Source: Chiloscyllium plagiosum
Lineage: Eukaryota
NCBI RefSeq assembly: GCF_004010195.1
Contig: NC_057718.1
Location: forward strand, 12,836,474-12,888,590
DNA length: 52,117 bases
Direction of reading: 5' to 3'
Shown here: piece after piece, positions 48,679-52,117 of the stretch
Numbering within the stretch: the first letter of the stretch is position 1
How the letters are laid out: the number at the start of each line of letters is the position of its first letter
The notes under the pieces: model-generated
Databases searched by the model: none
Told to the model about the DNA's origin: nothing
What the model saw: the letters and a program-made list of their open reading frames with translations, nothing else
Translations under genes and position numbers: made by a program

Positions 48679-49238
48679 GTCATAGGGTCATAGCACGGAA
48701 ACAGACCCTTCGTTTCAACTAATCCGTGCCAACCATGTTTCCAAACTAAATTAATCCCGCCTTCCTGTACTTAGCCTGTATCCCTCCAAACTGTTCACAT
48801 TCGTGAATTTATCCAAATGTCTTTTAAATGTTGCAACTGTATCTGCATCCATCACTTTCTCTTGCTGTTCATTCCACACATGAACCACTCTACGTGTAAA
48901 AGGTTGCCCGAAAGTGTGGTGCTGGAAAAGCACAGCAGGTCAGGCGGCATCCAAGGAGCAGGAAAATTGACATTTCAGACAAAAGCCCTTCATCAGGAAG
49001 GGCACTACACCACAAGCTCGAGTCTAATCTCCAGCATCTGCAGTCTTCACTTTCGCCTGGTAAAACATTGCCCCTCATGTCCTTCTCAAATCTTTCTCCT
49101 CTCACCTTAAAACAATGCCCCCTAGTTTTAAATTCTCCCAACCTTGGGAAAAGATCCTTGTCATTCACCTTATCTATGTCCCTAATGATTTTATAAACCT
49201 CCATAAGGTCACCCCTCAACCTCCTGCACTTCAGTGAA
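48679..49238 (-). mobile_element. CR1/HER1 3' fragment nested in CR1
   Basis: RRLRGDLMEVYKII..KTRGHCFKVRGERF; GTCATAG tail. Confidence 0.9.
48910..49059. mobile_element. Miniature PLE (family A): minus arm with hammerhead plus collapsed plus arm and tail
   Basis: Minus CTGATGA-A-GGGC-TTTT-GTCT-GAAA-TGTC; TSD GTAAAAGGTTGCCC (48896-48909) / GTAAAACATTGCCC (49060-49073). Confidence 0.85.
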
Positions 49239-50823
49239 GAGGTTTGCAGTGTTTTGAAAAGCGTTAAGGTAACAAGTCTCCAGAACCTGATGAAATCTAT
49301 CCCAGAATACTGAGGGAGGCCAGGGAGGAAATTGCTGGGTCCTTGCATGAAATCTTTGTATCCTGTTTAGTCAGAAGAGAGGACTGGCGACTATACAATA
49401 TTGATTCTTTGTTTAAGAAGAGGAATAGGGATAATTTGGAAGTTACAGGCCAATGATCCTTATGTCAGTGGTAGGCAAATTATTGGAGAATATTCTTAGG
49501 GATTACTCACATTTGGAAAAATATGGACTTATCAGCAATATGGAGCATGGCTTTGTGTAGGGAAGGTCCAGTCTCACAAACTTGATAGAATGTTTTGAGA
49601 AAGTGACAAAGATGATTGTGGGGAAAGTGGTGGATGGTGTCTACATGGACTTTAGTAAGGTCTTCGACAAGGTCCCCATGGCAGGCTGATCGAGAAGGTG
49701 AAGTCACATGGGATCAGCAGTGAGCTGGTAAGAACTGACTTGGTCATAGAAGACAGAGATTCACAGTGGTATGGTGATTTTCTGATTGGACTGTGGTGTT
49801 CTGCAGGGATCAGTGCTGGGATTTGTTTGTTAGATGTATAAATGATTTGGAGGAGATTGCAAGAGGCCTGATCAGTGAGTTTGAGGGTAACACAAAGATT
49901 AGGGGAGCTGCAGATAGTGAGGAGGATTGCCAGAGGATATAGTCAGAAGTTGATAGGCTGGAGACTTGGGTGGAGAAATGGCAGACGGAGTTTAATCCAA
50001 ACAAATGTGAGGTGATACATTTTGGAAAAAGGTCTAATCCAGGAGAGAAGTATACAGTAAATGGCAGAACACTTAGAAGTATTAACAGACAGAGGAATCG
50101 AGGCGTACAGGTCTACAGTTCTCCGAAAATGACAATACAAATGGATAAGGTGGTCAAGACAGCATATGGCATGCTTGCTTTCATTGGTCAGGGCATTGAG
50201 TATAAAAATTGGCAAGTCATTTTACAGTTGTGTCAAAATTTAGATAGACCACAATTAGAAAATTACACACAGTTCTGGTTGTCACCCTACCAGAAGGATG
50301 TGGACCCTTAGAAGAAGGTACAGAAAAAGTTTACCAGGATGTTGCCGGGTTTAGAAGGCATTAGATTTGAAGAGAGACTAAACAAACTTGCTTTTTGTTT
50401 GCGCTCGAAAATTGGAGGCCACATGGCGACCTGACAAAAGTTTACAGGCATGGATAGTTGGAGTCTTTTTCCCAAAGTATAAATGGGTGGAATAGGTTTA
50501 AGGCAATAGGGAGAAAGTTTAAAGGAGATGTGAGAGGCATTTGATTACACGGAGGATGGTAAGTGCCTGGAACGTGCTTCCAGAGGAGGTGGTGGAAGCT
50601 GATACAATAGCAACATTGAAGAGGCATCTTGACACGTACATGAATAAGTGTAGAATGGAGGGATGTGGACTGCGTAGTAGGGCTAAAGGATTTTGGTTTG
50701 GAAAGGCATTGTGTGGAGGCACAAGTTTGGTGGGCTGAAGGTCCTGACCCTGTTCTAGACAACTGAAGACTCTCCCATTCATGGCAAAGCATTGAAACTG
50801 CAGGCCTGGCTGAGATGGAAATC

Positions 50824-50916
50824 GGGGTTGAAACTTTATTGCTGGAACAGCACAGCAGGTCAGGCAGCATCCAGGGAACAGGAGATTCGACGTTTCGGGC
50901 ACAGGCCCTTCTTCAG
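50824..50916 (-). mobile_element. Solo PLE arm with intact hammerhead core
   Basis: Minus CTGAAGA-A-GGGC-CTGT-GCCC-GAAA-CGTC; flanked by direct repeat GATGGAAATC (50814-50823, 50917-50926). Confidence 0.85.
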
Positions 50917-51649
50917 GATGGAAATCCCAGAGGAGATTGAGAAGCAGAGCGGGACAAGGCCATGCAGTCATTTGTAAACAAGGATGAAAAACTTTTCATT
51001 TTAACCAGGAGTCACAGTGAGTCAGCAAGAGCAAGTCTGACAGGCATTTGGAACTTGGTGAAAGGTAAGGCATGGAGAGCTTTGGTCAACCTCCAGAGAG
51101 TAGAATATGAGACACCAGCCCGGAATGTGTTTGAAAAGACAAGTTTGGAGGTGATGATGGGTAACAAGGATATGAATGAGAGTTTCAGCAGCAGTCAGAC
51201 TGAGATGGAGTTGAAATCAGTTGAGCTAACACAGGTTAAAAAATGATTGTTTCCTGACAATGATCTGTACAACTAGGGGAGCAGTATAAAAGAGTGAACC
51301 ATCCTAGACTAAGAGGAACGTTCCCGTGGTCACTCGTATGATTCCTTCTGAGCAACTACTGCTTTAACTCAGACTGGGGAACGTCCAAGTGATAATCAGA
51401 TCACACGCAGGGAGAAAGTTCTGAAGGCAAACTGGGCATTACATTAAACGACTCTCCCATCAGTGAGGTAAGTGAGGCACACACCAAGATCTCCAATACT
51501 GTTACCATCCCCAGCCCCCTCTGTTTATTTCACTGAATAATTTAATTCTGGATTCGTCCAGGCCTGGGCTCCTGGTCACTTCGGAATCACCACAAGGAAG
51601 ATGCTTCAAAGTTAACCAATGACAGAACTACAATAGCATGCGTTTATAT

Positions 51650-52117
51650 AGACAATAGTCAATGGGTGCAGGAGTACGCCATTCTGCCCTTCGAGCTTGC
51701 ACCACCATTCAATATGATCATGGCTGATCATCCTTAATCAGTATCCTGTTCCTGCCTTATCTCCATAACCCTTGATTCCACTATCCTTGAGAGCTCTATC
51801 CAACTATTTCTTAAATGAATCCAGAGACTGGGCCTCCACTGCCCTCTGGGCCAGAGCATTCCACACAGCCACCACTCTCTGGGTGAAGAAGTTTCTCCCC
51901 ATCTCTGTCCTAAATGGTCTACCCCGTATTTTTAAGCTGTGTCCTCTGTTTCGGCACTCACCCCGCAGCGGAAACATGTTGCCTGCCGCCAGAGTGTCCA
52001 ATCCTTTGATCATCTTATATGTCTCAACCAGATCCCCTCTCAGTCTTCTAAACTCAAGGGTACACAAGCCCAGTCGCTCCAGTCTTTCAGTGTAAGGTAA
52101 TCCCGCCAATCCAGGAA
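51650..52117 (-). mobile_element. CR1 3' fragment, runs off the right edge
   Basis: ORF 51804-52109 RRLRGDLVETYKMIKG..RGHSLKIRGRPFRTEMGRNFFTQRVV. Confidence 0.95.

Larger units (their letters stand above)
44691..50754 (+). mobile_element. CR1 LINE with ORF1 SGNH-esterase domain and decayed ORF2; hosts several nested insertions
   Basis: ORF 44697-45245 MVCCLPGATVKDV..VHISTND..DRLHL (esterase); EN pieces at 45245-45830 and 47690-47950; RT pieces at 49240-50400; 3'UTR to 50754. Confidence 0.93.
44465..51250 (-). mobile_element. L2-type LINE 3' part, split into 44465-44690 and 50755-51250 by a CR1
   Basis: GGAGAGGTTTAGGGAGGGAATTCCAGAGCTCGGGGCCTAGAC joins CTAGACAACTGAAGAC; CTAGAC duplicated at both junctions. 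Confidence 0.7.

Overview
Repeat-dense, gene-poor vertebrate DNA. The repeat set (HE1-type V-SINEs with (AATCT)n or GATTCT tails, HER1/CR1 LINEs, a Deu-type SINE) points to an elasmobranch (shark); the species is an inference. No intact host protein-coding gene can be supported, and nearly all ORF-track hits are transposon-derived or spurious. Contents: the 5' end of an L1 element with an uninterrupted ORF1 running off the left edge (missed by the ORF track); three long decayed CR1 copies and many CR1 3' fragments; Rex/Babar, L2 and older CR1-group remnants; nine HE1 SINEs; a histone H2B pseudogene; a probable Harbinger Myb/SANT relic; a minisatellite-containing composite insertion; and about a dozen Penelope-like (PLE) fragments. 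The most striking pattern is in the PLE fragments. They carry minimal hammerhead ribozyme motifs (CTGANGA-stem II-GAAA-CGTH). Several form fold-back elements with a hammerhead on each strand, a one-sided 32-40 bp tail and 14-bp target-site duplications. Three N gaps are present (14372-14428, 18791-19290, 41847-41864). Boundaries of decayed repeats are approximate, and family names come from recognition, not from a database search.
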